Made by a program: the position numbers and the translations under genes. A DNA stretch of 64,000 bases from the human T2T-CHM13v2.0 reference genome, Homo sapiens. The stretch lies in assembly GCF_009914755.1 (NCBI RefSeq), contig NC_060936.1; one strand, given 5' to 3'. This document shows, in pieces, positions 45,901 through 63,199 of this stretch; within the stretch, counting starts at the first letter, position 1; each line of letters begins with the position of its first letter. Below the pieces are notes generated by a model. It searched no databases, was not told the DNA's origin, and saw nothing but the letters and a program-made list of their open reading frames with translations.

Positions 45901-48042
45901 TTTTGCAATGGCCGTTCCATAACTTTAAACAATGACTATTGCAGTTTTCATAAATAATCTAGGTAAATGACTAAAAAAATAATTAGGCAAATGTAATGGG
46001 ATAAATACATGTAGAAAAACTTGTCAGAATCTATAATCTAAAGTTATATTAAGCTAAATAATAGATATCTCATTATTTGGGCACTTTCCAATAAAAATGT
46101 ATTTGTAGGAAAACATATTTTCTTAAACAAAGTGTGTCCTTTTAAAAGAGGTGAATAATTATTGTCTAATTCAAAGCTTATTTAAAGGTTATATATAAAA
46201 CAAGGTAAAAGGAATGAGGATATAACAGGGTTGTAAAGAAAGTTATAAAAATAAAGTTTTTTTGTAAGAAAACTTAAAGGGAAATAATTTTATATGTGAT
46301 AGAATCTGCTATGGTAGATTTAGTCCTAGAATAAAATGACTGGTTATTTAAGAAAGAGGGATGGTCAGAAAAAATTAGAAAATCCAAGCAGATCATGAAC
46401 AATCTGTGAAAGTCATAGTAAAGTAAGAGGATTAAAAAAGAAAAAGCACAAAAACTTTTATATGATCAAGCTATTAATTAAAGGAAAATTATAATGGTCT
46501 TCCTAGAGATTGGGCTTGACGTAGGAAAAAACCATATAGAATAAATAATTGGTTAAAACAATAAAGTTTTCTTAAGGGAATGATTTACTCCTAATAAAAT
46601 ATGAGAGGTTTTAATTTTTTTAACCCAAAGTTTAACTTTTATTGCATCTCACCATTTTCTGTTTTCTCACCCATTTTAAACGGCACAAAATAGTAACACG
46701 GTCCTTCAACTCATTTTCAACTTATTAAGATTTTTTTCTTTGAGTCCTGTTTAATGTGTCCTAGTGCTAACAATGTTTTCTTAAAGTTCTAAAGGAAATG
46801 TTTACTTTCAACATAATATTTTGTGCAGAGCAGAAGGTCATTTCTTTTGTCTTTTGGTACCTGGCCTAGCAGATTTTACGTTTTATAGAAATATTTTCTC
46901 TGTCATTATTACTAAATTTTGGTTTGCTTAGGAAAAAAACTGTGATTGATATTTTTTAATTAAGGTTATTACATCCATGTGTCTTTCAGTATTTGCTTTC
47001 AAAGTACTTGTGACATTGAGATACAGGGCTTTGACTCCTAGGTCTAAAAAGGACACCAAGTCCTGCTAAATCTTAAACATTGACAGCAATTAAAACCTCA
47101 TCTTCAGGCCGGGTAGAAATCCCAAACCAAATAAACTGTGTTCCTGAGACATAGGGCCAGAATTTAAAGGTATTCAACTCCTCAAGTCCCAGGAAATATC
47201 GCAGAAGAGATGGGTGTGTGAGATTGTGAGGGCAGACTTTGAGAGATAAAATAAATGCAGTTTCTCTATAAATTAATTATTAATGTCAAAGGCACATTGA
47301 TGCAAGACCAGCATATGGGCCCTTATGTTAAGAAAACCTTAAGTTTTCCTTGAAGCATTAACTGACTCCTTAATAAAGGTTATAAAAGTTATTAAAGGTT
47401 TATGGAAGTTATATCTTATGGTCAAGATTAAAATTTTGTAGATTGTTTATAAAATTTTGAAAAACAAATTTATTTGGCTTTATGTTGTTTTTATTAGGGT
47501 TTATTGTTTAGAAAATTAAGTCTCTTCTCTCAAAGAATAAAAGTTATCAGCTTTTTAAAAAAATCCTTGTGTTATCACTTTGGTCAAATGAATGACTTAT
47601 TTTACAATGACCTGTAATATCAACTGTTTTAAATGTTTGATAATTTTCCAAAATCAAATTATAAATTATATCTTCTCCTGGCCTAATTAATTCTTTAAGA
47701 TATTGGTTTCCCTAAAGCCCAAAAATGACATAATTTGGCTTATTTAATATGAAAATCATATAGAAAACATTGTTAAATATGAAATAGTGTTTGCTTTTCT
47801 TTGGGCTGTATTTGTGTAAATATGTTATTGGTATTTGCTCCAAAATTATGAAAAACTCCTATAATTCTGATATCACTTAGTGTACATTATCAGTAGTAAT
47901 TATAATTGTTATCTTAAATTATTGTGTGTCACAGAGGAAACAAATTTGTCACTTATGTCCTTGACTATGGCTGCCCTAAAATATTTTGTCATCCATGGAC
48001 AATTGTTGTCTTGTTTTGCTCCTCTTTAGAAGGCAGTTTTAT

Positions 48043-49716
<1,674 letters not shown>

Positions 49717-50295
49717 AGAAGGTGGTTTTATAATCAGCTATAAAACTCTAAAAGGTGCTCTTCAATACAAGTTTCTGATAACTTTGGAGATTGCGACATC
49801 AGAATAGAAGAAAAACTTTTAGGACTCACAGATAACTGAAATCTTCATAGCAAGCAGAATCAGAATTAACTATATGGACTGAACTAATGTTGCTGATCCT
49901 TTTTTTTTCTCAGAGTCAAGGAAACTTTTCTTTTCAGCTATTGACAGCTTTTTACAATTTAATATACTCCTATGAACAGAATTTAGAACATATTTCTTTC
50001 TCTCTACCTGATTTCTCCAGAATTTGGAAACTATTTGTAAGTATTCTTAACTTACAGCAAAATATAGTTATTTGCATAAGTGCAATAAGAATCTGTTTTC
50101 ATTTATAACAGAAAACAATTGGAGAAACTGGTTATTTTACCAAAGCCTTGACTGGAATAGTATGCTTTCCTTTAAGGAACCAAACTTGACTTATGGAGCC
50201 AATAAAGGCCCCTCAGGAAAACTGGCCTCATACCTTGTCCACACAGTGCCTTACAGGGTTGCTGACCTGTGGTAAGTAAAGAATGTCACTTTCTG

Positions 50296-50603
<308 letters not shown>

Positions 50604-50828
50604 TCACTTTCTGACAGGCCTAGGAACCCCAAGGTTATCTTTGAACCTTATGAGAAGAGGAATTCACCCAACTGATAGATATTTGATGGTACAAATCCAC
50701 AGCTGGGCTTGGCTTCAAAAAGTCTTATCTGAGATTCCTTCTATGGAATAAAGTTCCATGAGAGATCAGACAAAACCTGAGACTGGAGACTCATTCTCCC
50801 CTAAAAATTCTTTCTCCAAAAGATTTTT

Positions 50829-50847
50829 AAAAAGTAAAGGGGTGAAA
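50829..50847 (+). promoter_or_regulatory. Polypurine tract of the provirus
   Basis: AAAAAGTAAAGGGGTGAAA immediately before the 3' LTR. Confidence 0.7.
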
Positions 50848-51319
50848 CGTGAAAGGAAACTAAATCCTGGGTCCCCAAAATCACTAAGCCAAAGGGAAAA
50901 GTCAAGCTAGAAACTGCTTTGGGCAAACCTGCCTTCTATTCTATTCAAAGTCACCCCTCTCATCACTGAGATAAATGCGTATCTGATTGCCTCATTTGGA
51001 AAGGCTAATCAGAAACTCAAAAGAATAAAACCAATTGTCTCTTATCTACCTATGACCTGGAAGCCCCCTCCCCACTTCAGGTTGTCCTGCCTTTGCCTCA
51101 AGTCGTCCCAACTTTACAGACCCAACCAATGTACATCTTGCACATATTGATTGATGTCTCATGTCTTCCTAAAATGTACAAAACTAAGCTGTGCCCCTAC
51201 CACGTTGGGTACATGTCATCAGGATCTCCTGAGGCTGTGTCATGAGTGCATGTCCTCAATCTTGGCAAAATAAACTTTCTAAATTAACTGAGACCTGTCT
51301 CAGATGTTCAGGGTTTACA
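50848..51319 (+). mobile_element. 3' LTR (MER4A1), 472 bp
   Basis: Homologous to the 5' LTR, retains AATAAA, ends GGGTTTACA. Confidence 0.93.
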
Positions 51320-51439
51320 ACAGAAAATAGACAGATAGATGGACAGATGATAGATTTATATAATTAGATACATCTATATCTACAAGATATATGTACTGTC
51401 AGTTCTTTTTCTCTGGAGGACTCTGATTAACACAAAGAA

Positions 51440-51590
51440 ATCTTGCAACTGGCTAATGAGAAAGCTATAATCATTCCCACTTTACACATGATAGTACTGA
51501 TTTTTAATAATTTTAGTAACCTGCCCAAGGTCCCACAGCTCATAGGTGACAAAGAAGATTCAAGTCCAGGTCTCTGACTCCATAGCCCAT
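51440..51590 (-). mobile_element. MIR
   Basis: ATTCCCACTTTACACATGA...AGTAACCTGCCCAAGGTCCCACAGCT...GATTCAAGTCCAGGTCTCTGACTCC. Confidence 0.8.
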
Positions 51591-53179
51591 TGTTGTAGGT
51601 ACAGTGAAGGTCAACAAGATATCATTTCAAATTGTTCTCCATTTTTATTTATGTGACTTTTGGGAGAAGATTCCCCCATTTTTCTTTTGGTATATTGACA
51701 AAAATGCATTTTTTGGAACCCACATTTACAATTTCAGTAATGTAGATGATGGGAGGATGTAGTACCTACAAGATATTTTAGTCAAACCACTAAGATCATT
51801 AAACTTAGTCCTACTGTGAACTCCTGCCTGACCCCTACACATACAAGGAAATGCTCCTATAGAATATAAGAATTAATCACACCTTTCTCCACAAGTGCTT
51901 TAGACTAACCACATCAATTTCAATCTCAAGGTGAGTCTTTGCATCATTATCCTCTGTGTTTCCTCTGTTCAACTTGGAAGTCTTTATTTTATATATCTAA
52001 AAATATAAACTTATGCTCTAAGCAGCCTTCAGTATAAAATTAAGAATTACTTCCCTCTGACAGAGCTGCTGACAATCTGAGAACAAACTACACACAAACA
52101 TACACGCAATGTTGTATATTCAGTCCAAGATTCTCATTCTGCAAACTAGACTTTTCAAGCACAGGTGCAGCTGCTGAGAAGCAGACATTTTAGATAACAC
52201 AGACATTAAGGAACCAAATGATTAAATCAGTTTTATGTCTACACAGGAGATAAAATTTAATTAAAGGCAATTAAGTGACTTTTAAGTGGATTGCATGTAG
52301 AAAAAGCTATACCTTATCTTCCACACCTTTCAAATTTCTCTTGACCAATGCTGTCACTTATCTAGCCATGTATTTTCTTTCTATTTGCCATTGTGAATAT
52401 CAGTCCTATGCGTAAGCTGACTCTGTGCAATGTTTTGAGTAAAAGAAGGAAAGTTTAAACATATTATACTAATCTAGTGCCTGCAGAACTTTCAGATATG
52501 AAAAGAACTTTCAGATATAGCTTCAAACCTGGATTACTCAACTTCTACTTATACCAACCTTAGAAAATAACCCTTTTTGAATCTCACCTATTAAAAAACA
52601 GGGCAAATAATATAGAAAACAATGGATTTTATGAGAATTAAGTTCACAAACCTAAAGTTACAGAATGCACCTTCAATCAAAAGGTGGACTGAACCAAGGT
52701 GGTAAATCTTATTTTTGCTTACAAACACACAAAAAAATAAAACAGCAGCTGGAAATAAAAAGCTTAAATAAGTATCTGAGATTTTTGGCTCATAACAAGA
52801 TGAAAATCCAACCCAGTGTGCTGGGTCTCTCTCCCAGCTTAAGACTGAAGGTGCCAGCGAGGAAATGAAAATATGTGGAATTGAGTAATTACAGTTAAGT
52901 GTGAGAAACTCCTGAGGATAAAAGGGCAAATGTGACCTGGTGTGGAAAGCAACACACTAGCTCAGGGTAGACAGAGTGAACTTTCATAATTTGGAATATG
53001 GTCAGGAAGTCTGGAGAGAACTTTTTATTTCTGCTCATTTTTTTCCTTTTATTTCTTGCTCCCACACAACTAGGGTAGACAAACAACAGCTGCAGTTGAG
53101 AACTGTAGTCAGTAGGGGTAACATCAAAGTCATGCCAAGACTGGCTGGAGAAAGAGAGTATAAAAACAAGTACAAGCTG

Positions 53180-53770
53180 ATTACCAGGACCAGAGCATCT
53201 CTTACTCTTTCTTCCACTGACACTCTAAAAATGAGGTAAAATCAGTTAAGGGAGATAAATCATTCAAGAAAAAGAGTGCTTAGAAAGGTGATATGTTGTT
53301 TCACATTCAACCACATACATGTTACAGGAAGGAAGATGAAAGGATGCCATCTATGTTAGGAAAATAATACTTTCCCCCGAAACCACTGGATGATTTCTGC
53401 TTAGGACTCAGGGTCTATGACTGTTTCACCCAAGTACCTGTAACTCCAAGGATGTCTAGGAAAATAAGTGTATTTGTTTCTTATTGTGAGAAACTATATA
53501 TCATTACAATTATATTCTTGCATGGCTGTACGTACTTTGTTGAACTTAAGAATAAAAATGGACTGTTTACGCTGTTTCTCTGTGTCTTTATTCTAAAGAC
53601 TCTTGTGTACACATGAAATAAAATTTTGTATGGCTTATCTTCAATTAATCTGCCTTTTTTGAGTTGATTTTTTAGTGAACATTAAAAGGGCTAAGAAGAA
53701 ATTTTCCCTTGGTCCTGATAACTGCTAGTAAGAAAAGGGAAGAAAAGAAATATCAGGTAACTAGTTAGAA
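53180..53770 (-). mobile_element. Old MLT1 (J/K-like) fragment, interrupted by a plus-strand ERV1 LTR 3' piece (about 53485-53720)
   Basis: MLT1-like CAAGGATGTCTAGGAAAATAAGTG; ERV1 LTR end AAATAAAATTTTGTATGGC...TTAATCTGCC...TTTTCCCTTGGTCCTGATA. Confidence 0.55.
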
Positions 53771-53909
53771 AATGCCTAATATGGACAAGAATTCCAGTAT
53801 AAACAAAAGAGAATTCAAAGTAAATAACATCATGAAGAATAATGAGTTTTTATAACTGATAGAAAGTAATAATTAGGAATTTATTCATGTAGATTAAGAA
53901 AGAAACTGC

Positions 53910-54280
53910 TGCTTCAAGACTCTTGCCTAGGTTGGCCCATTGATCTAGTATGCTCTTTCCTCAAATATCTACATGGCCTCCTACCGTCTCATTTCTTTCA
54001 GATTTTTAGTCAAAGCAGAACTGTTTAGAGAGATCTTATTCCCGCTCCCTGTAACTTTCTTTTTACTACCTGCTATAATTTTTATAGCACTTATTGGTAT
54101 CTCATATTCTGTATGTTATGCTCAGTTGTTTATTTTCTACCTTGCTCCCTGCCATCCACAATGATATAATCTTCCCAATGGTAGACACTGCGTAGGTTTT
54201 GTTCATTGCTGTGTGTCTAGTGCCTAAAGCAGTGACTGACACAAAGTAAGGGCTCCATAAAGAGGAATAAATTGACTGCA
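53910..54280 (+). mobile_element. L2a 3' end
   Basis: TTTTGTTCATTGCTGTGTGTCTAGTGCCTAAAGCAGTGACTGACACAAAGTAAGGGCTC. Confidence 0.8.
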
Positions 54281-54641
54281 TAATTACAAATATGTATGCA
54301 GAAAAAATAATTTAGCAGAACAAACAGTAATTAGCAGAACTATGGATAAAGCCAAACCCCAACGCTCAAAGTTTTAAAAGACTCATCCTAGACATTTTAT
54401 TGATCAAACAAATACTACATAAACAAATATGTAGAAGATTCAAATAACACAATAGGCACACACACCATACATCTTCAAATCATACTTTACTGAGGATACA
54501 AAATTGATTAAATCCTGGTTTACAATGATTTTTTTGCGTTTTTACATATTTAATTCCGAATTTTTTTCTTTTAAAAATGCCAAAGTTACAGAGAAGTTGA
54601 AATAATTCAAGTAACAGCTATCTATCTCATACTCACTAATT

Positions 54642-54712
54642 TGTTTTATATTTTACTTTACGTTCTGGGATACATGTGCAGAACGTGCAGTTTCTTTACA
54701 TAGGTATACATG
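54642..54712 (-). mobile_element. Very short L1PA 3' terminal fragment
   Basis: TTCTGGGATACATGTGCAGAACGTGCAG...ACATAGGTATACATG. Confidence 0.75.
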
Positions 54713-54744
54713 GTAATAATCTTATATGGACTAGATTTTCCATA

Positions 54745-55105
54745 CAAAAGTCAATGGAGGGAGGGAGGGATGAATAGATGAAATACAGTCAATTTTTAGG
54801 GCAGTGAAACTATTCTGTATGATATTATAATGAGAGGTATATGTCATTATACATTTGTCAAAATAGATGTAAACCATGTGCAATGCAGAGTGAACTCTAA
54901 TGTAAACTATGGACTTAGTTAATGATAATGTATAAACATTAGCTCAATTATGGTAAACATACCCCTCTAATGGAGAATATTAATAATAGGAAAAACTGAA
55001 AATGTGTGTCTGTTGGGATGTGGTGAGGGGTATAAGGAAATTCTACTTTCCTTTTAATCTTCATGTAAATTTAAAACTACTCTAAAAATAGTATCTATTA
55101 GAAAG
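54745..55105 (+). mobile_element. L1MC/MD-type 3' end within older L1M ORF2 relics (about 54300-56100)
   Basis: TTTTTAGGGCAGTGAAACTATTCTGTATGATA...CTAATGTAAACTATGGACTT...TGTAAATTTAAAACTACTCTAAAAAT. Confidence 0.8.
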
Positions 55106-56418
55106 AAAGGCTGAATGAAATTGAAAACAAGTTACAACTTCTATGTTTGCAATATTAATAACATATTCTTAAATATCTCTTGGATTAAAGATGCATTCAT
55201 ATGGAAACTTTAAAATAATGAAAATACTATATGTCAAGGTTTGTGGACATTACCAAAACATTTTCTTTTAGAATGGTGTATAATTTTAATTATGCTGATC
55301 ACATAATAAGAAATGAAAAAAATAAGCCAACACAAGAAAGTAGAAAGACAAAGAAAGCAAGTACAAAGTAACAAGTAGAAAGATTTTTAAAAATTAGATG
55401 TTAAGGAACTAGAGAACAACCACAAAAACAAAGCAGTACAGAGTGTTAACAATGAAACAATGAAATAATACCAATAAAATAAATACAATTTTGGAAAACA
55501 GGATCAAGGAGAAAGGACAAAAAATTTAGAAATTCAAAACGCATACAAGAAAATAACTGTAGGCACAACTGGCACAATTATATTAGTAATAATGATGGGA
55601 TAAAAATATAAAGATGCATATGTAAATTGATCTGTGTAAACATGAATATAGTATTTGCCAAGTGACATAGACAAATATATTAAATAATATACTTTTGAAT
55701 ATTGGTATCAGAATCATAAAATCTTTAAAAATCAAAATAACTAAAAGTAATAATCACATTCCTCACCCTTACTTTACAGATGATTTTTGCCATAATTTCC
55801 AGGCTTTGATAATTCCATATAATAAATCTTATGCGAGAAAATATACAGACAGGTAAAACATCATAGCATAGGGGGTTGGTGAGTGGAGGAGTGAGAAGCT
55901 AATATATTAATTTAAAGCCAGGTCAAAGTTTAATTAAAATAGCAAAGACAAAACTAAGCTAAAACAACTAACCTATTTCCAGTTATAAATACAGTGGTGA
56001 AAGCGTCAAACACAATTGCATCTAAATAAATCCAATAGAGTTTTACAAATAATATATCATAAAATAAGGTGTATTACAGAAATTCAAGAGAACAGGAATT
56101 TGAGTTTGTAGGTCCAACACATTTGTAGGTTATCATGTTGTGGAGGAAATGGAGGTAAGGGGGATAAAACAAAGGAAGACCCTGAATAACCAGTCGTAGC
56201 AGTACTCTGTAAAATGAGGTCTATGTTGAACTCATTTCTCTGCACCTTGGCTCCAGTTAGAATTTAAAATATTTAAAGAAAAAAAAACTAATTAGTAGCT
56301 GAAGTATCAAAAGGAGGAGGAAAAGTAGACAGAGATTACAAAGTAGGAGGAGGGATCTCTGATCTCTGTAGACAAAGAAATGTTAAACTTGAAGTAAAAG
56401 CTTTAATGTGTATCTGAA

Positions 56419-56419
<1 letters not shown>

Positions 56420-56462
<43 letters not shown>
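56420..56462 (+). repeat. (CA)21 microsatellite
   Basis: Perfect run. Confidence 0.98.
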
Positions 56463-56464
<2 letters not shown>

Positions 56465-56469
56465 TAAGT

Positions 56470-56635
56470 CAGTTGCTTTCTAGGTGTAGTCCCAGACTGC
56501 AAGCATCAACATTATCTGGGAATTTGTGAACTCAGAATTCCTGAACCCCACCCAGGTCTTCTGGACCAGAATTCTGGTGGTAGAGCCCAGCAATGTGGTT
56601 TTAATAAAATGCATGCTAATGCTTCAAAACCCCTT
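56470..56635. mobile_element. MER5A (hAT-Charlie MITE)
   Basis: GTGTAGTCCCAGAC...AGCATCAACATTATCTGGGAATTTGT...GAGCCCAGCAATGTGGTTTTAA. Confidence 0.75.
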
Positions 56636-57257
56636 CTTTAGAAGGTGAAGTTGGAACAACACAGTACAGAGAGTTGAGCCCATAGTTCTTGTTAGTGTTA
56701 GGGACCATACAATTTATTGTTCAATCTGTGACACCCTTGGGTTTAAAACAGGAAGTTAATAAAACCACCAGTGCCAGAGCACAGCGGTGTTCTACCTAGA
56801 ACAGTGGAAAGAGTCCCAGTGAAAATTTAGCAATGAAAACATGAGTTTTGCATAAGCAAAAAGTTGAATTTGTAGGACTCATGTGATGCTATAACCCCTA
56901 GCCTTGATACTAACAGAAAGCTGATCTTGAATCAGTGAACTTCATAAAGACATGGTAGAGACAGCCACAAAACAGTGTCACAGGGAGAGAGTACGTTGAA
57001 GTGTTCAACATGGAGGTCTTCTAAGGTTGGATTCACAGGAAATACAAATCACAAGATGACATTATTGCCATGAGAGTAACAGGCTCGTGCTAACAATACA
57101 ATTAGCAAGAGGACCTTAAATATATGTTTGAAATAGTCAAAGATAAAAATAACTAAATTCATAACCCAGGTAAAGGGGAGTTTGAAAATGGCTACTTTGA
57201 AAAAAACAACAATGTAGATTTTAGAAATTGAATTTACAGGATTTAAAATCAAATTAT

Positions 57258-57550
<293 letters not shown>

Positions 57551-58001
57551 AAATAAAATTATGTACAACAAAAATAATTGGATCATGATGATAATTTTGA
57601 GATTTCTTCCCAGCAATAACTGGTACAAAAGCTCCGGGATTCCATATATGTAGGGGTGTGTGTGTGTGTGCGTACATGAGAAAAAATATACACCTTTACT
57701 AATGTAGTTTAGTCAAATAACAGCTATCACTTTTTAAAAAATCACTGATTGTCATCCCCTTCCTAAAAACCAGGAAAAATATAATTTTAGATTCCGTTAA
57801 CCATGCAAGACATAAATGAAGACTATAAAATTTATATCATTACTAAAGAAAATCATGCATTTTAATTTCTAGCTTTTTATATTTTTATTTTGCTTTTCAT
57901 CGAGATGCTTTTTGAGGAAGCTTGCTAAACTATGATTAACTATTTGGAAGAAATAGTTATGCTGGTTTCATTCATGAAATACAAGCTTTCCTACCTTAGG
58001 C

Positions 58002-59083
58002 CTGTAGATTGCCTTGGGTAGTATGGACATTTTAACAATATTCTTTCTTCCAGTCCATGAACGTGAAATAGTTTCCCATTTTTTGTGTGTGTCCTCTTCA
58101 ATTTCTTGCATCAGTGTTTTATAGTTTTCTGTAGAGACCTTTTCCTTCTTTAGTTAAGTTAATTCCTATGCATTTAATATTATTTGTGGCTGTTGTAAAT
58201 AGCATCACTTTCTTGATTTATTTTCAGATTCTTTACTATTGGTATATAGGAATGTTACTGATTTTTGTATGTTGATTTTGTATTCTTCAACTTTACTGAA
58301 TTTGTTCATTAGTTCTAATAGTTTTTCAGTGAAAACTTTAGGTTTTTGCAGATATAAGATCAAATTATCTGCAAACAAGGATAATTTGACTTATTTCTTT
58401 CTAATTTCAATGCCCTTTATTCTTCCTCTTGTCTGTTTACTTTGGTTAGAACTTCTAGTACTATGTTAAATAGCAGTGGTGAAAGTGGGCATCCTTGTTG
58501 TGTTCCTGATCTTAGAAGAAAGGATTTCAGTATTTCCCCATTCAGTAGGATATTAGCTGTGGGTCTGCTGCATATTGCTTTTATTATTTTGAGGTATGTT
58601 CCTTCTACACCAAGTTTTTAAAGGGTAGGGATTTTATCATGAAGATATGTTGAATCTTATCAAATGCTTTTCCGGCATCAGTTGGAATGATTATGTGGTT
58701 TTTATCCTACATTCTGTTGATATGAGGTATCACATTAATTGATTTTTATATGCTGAACCTTTCTTGAATCCCTGAAATGAATCCCATTTGGTCATGATGA
58801 ATGATCTTTTTAATGTACTGTTGAATTTGATTTGCTAGTATTTTATTTAGGATGTTTGCACCAACATTTATCAGTAATATTGATATATAGTTTTCTTTTT
58901 CTTATGTTTCTTTTTCTAGTTTAGGTATCAAGGTAATACTGGCCTGTCAGCATAAGTTTGGAAGTATTCCTTCCTTCTCTATTTTTTTGGAATAGTTTGA
59001 GAAGGATTGGTATTAATTTTTCTTTAGCTATTTGATAAAATTCAGAAGTGAAGCCATTGGGACCCAAACCTTTCTTTGCTGGG
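58002..59083 (-). mobile_element. L1M/L1MA ORF2 (RT region) fragment
   Basis: Collinear with 29295-30370 of the young L1 in this window but with older-type variants. Confidence 0.88.
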
Positions 59084-59106
59084 TGTGATGGTTAATACTA
59101 AGGTTA

Positions 59107-59537
59107 ATACCTATTAAAGTATCATTGACATTCTTCATGGAACTAGAGAAAATTATTTTAAAATTCGTATGGAACCAAAAAATGAGCCCAGATAGCCAAG
59201 GCCATCCTAAGCAAAAAGAACAACATTGAAGACATCATGCTACCTGACTTCAAATTGTACTACAGAGCTACAGTAACCAAACAGCATGACACTGGTACAA
59301 AAACAGATATATACACCAATGGAACAGAATAGAGAACATACAGCCATCTGATCTTTGACAAACCTGACACAAGCAAGCAATGGGGAAAGGATTCCCTATT
59401 CAATTAATGGTGCAGGGATAGCTGGCTAGCCATATGCAAAAGATTGAAACTGGCCTCTTCCTCACACCATACACAAAAACTAACTCAAGATGAGTTAAAG
59501 ACTTACATGTAAAACCCTAACCAATAAAAATCCTGCA
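59107..59537 (+). mobile_element. L1P ORF2 internal fragment in opposite orientation, no poly(A) or TSD
   Basis: Matches the IPIKLP...KTL region of ORF2. Confidence 0.88.
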
Positions 59538-61841
<2,304 letters not shown>

Positions 61842-62100
61842 TTACCACATCTTACGCTTTCTGTGTACTCTACTATCTAGAATAAAGGTTTAAGTTAAAT
61901 TGTTTCATTCTTAATATATATGATTCTTAAAATATTTATAGAGCTTTTAAATATGTTATCATACCTGAAAATAAAGTGAAAATTACACTATCTCTGCCTA
62001 ATAACTTCTAGTAAAATATATTCTTTTGGCATCACAGAAAAGCATTTGATAACAAATATGCAGCAACTATTAAGTGATTTTTCCCGTAAATTTATTTTCT

Positions 62101-62284
62101 GCCTCATATGGCTGATCATATTTCCTTCAGCAATTTTAATTAGTCTTTCCCAGGGCATGTGGCTATGAAAAGCTTTGTACAAAATAAAAGAAGTGACACC
62201 TATAGAATAGGTTAGTAGAAATGACTTAGGCTGCACTGCTGATTCTTCAAGTCTCTATGGATCACTTCGAGGGAGAATAGCTAA
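62101..62284 (+). repeat. Local direct duplication, copy 1 (about 184 bp)
   Basis: Aligns to 62935-63117 at more than 90% by eye. Confidence 0.95.
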
Positions 62285-62828
62285 CTAACCATACCAGTAG
62301 TCAGCTAATGGAGTGACAGATTGTGTGCCTGAGGGCTAAATCAATGAATAAGAATATAATCACATGATTTAAAATTCTAGATGGGACATTTTCTCATGCT
62401 TAAATAATCTTGGTGTCTTTGGCTCAAAGCTATTTAGATGTATGATGAAGACTATCTCTAACGGATTAAAAATATGAATAGGAATTGTTAACCATTGCTT
62501 AGACTATCATGGTTGTCTATAATCCTATATATTTATATTCCCTTCTCCCATGTAATTTAAAGATTTAATCCTTAATCTACAAATTTCTAGCAAGAGAGCA
62601 AGGCATTTGAATCTGTTTCTTCCTGATTAATTTGTTCACTTATTGAACGAAGTACAAAGGTAATATGAAATATTAGGAAAGCTATAACAATCTTAACACT
62701 TTCATTTCTAACTCTAGCTTTCAAGTTTCATGTTTTGAAAAAAACTCTTAAAAATAATGGCTTTTTTAAAGTAGCAGTCATCTTTAGGATTAATATATTC
62801 GTCATACTCAGCAGATTTTCTTGGGAGA

Positions 62829-62843
62829 TCTCTCTCTCTTTCG

Positions 62844-62885
<42 letters not shown>

Positions 62886-62934
62886 GTTCAGCCATATAAG
62901 TCTCTCTCTATAGAGAGAGAGAGCGAGAGAGAGC
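62829..62934. repeat. (CT)n(TA)n ... (AG)n quasi-palindromic microsatellite cluster
   Basis: Includes the perfect 20-bp palindrome TCTCTCTCTATAGAGAGAGA (62901-62920). Confidence 0.95.
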
Positions 62935-63117
62935 GCCTCATATGTCTGAATATATTTCCTTCAGCTATTTTAACTAGTCTTTCCCAGGGCATGTGCCTTG
63001 AAAAGCTTTGTACAAAATAAAAGAAGTGACACCTATAGAATGGGTTAGTAGAAATGACTTAGGCTGCATTGCTGATTCTTCAAGTCTCTATGGATCACTT
63101 CAAGGAAGAATAGCTAA
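62935..63117 (+). repeat. Local direct duplication, copy 2, bracketed by microsatellites
   Basis: Copy of 62101-62284. Confidence 0.95.
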
Positions 63118-63199
63118 TTGTATATATATATATATATACAGAGAGAGAGAGAACAGATATGTATATATAGTATATACATAAAATTATATATTATATATG

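Noticed and set aside
56697-56780. Possible hAT-Blackjack (MER81/MER94-like) end
   Set aside because: Only one short degenerate terminus is recognisable, too little to call.
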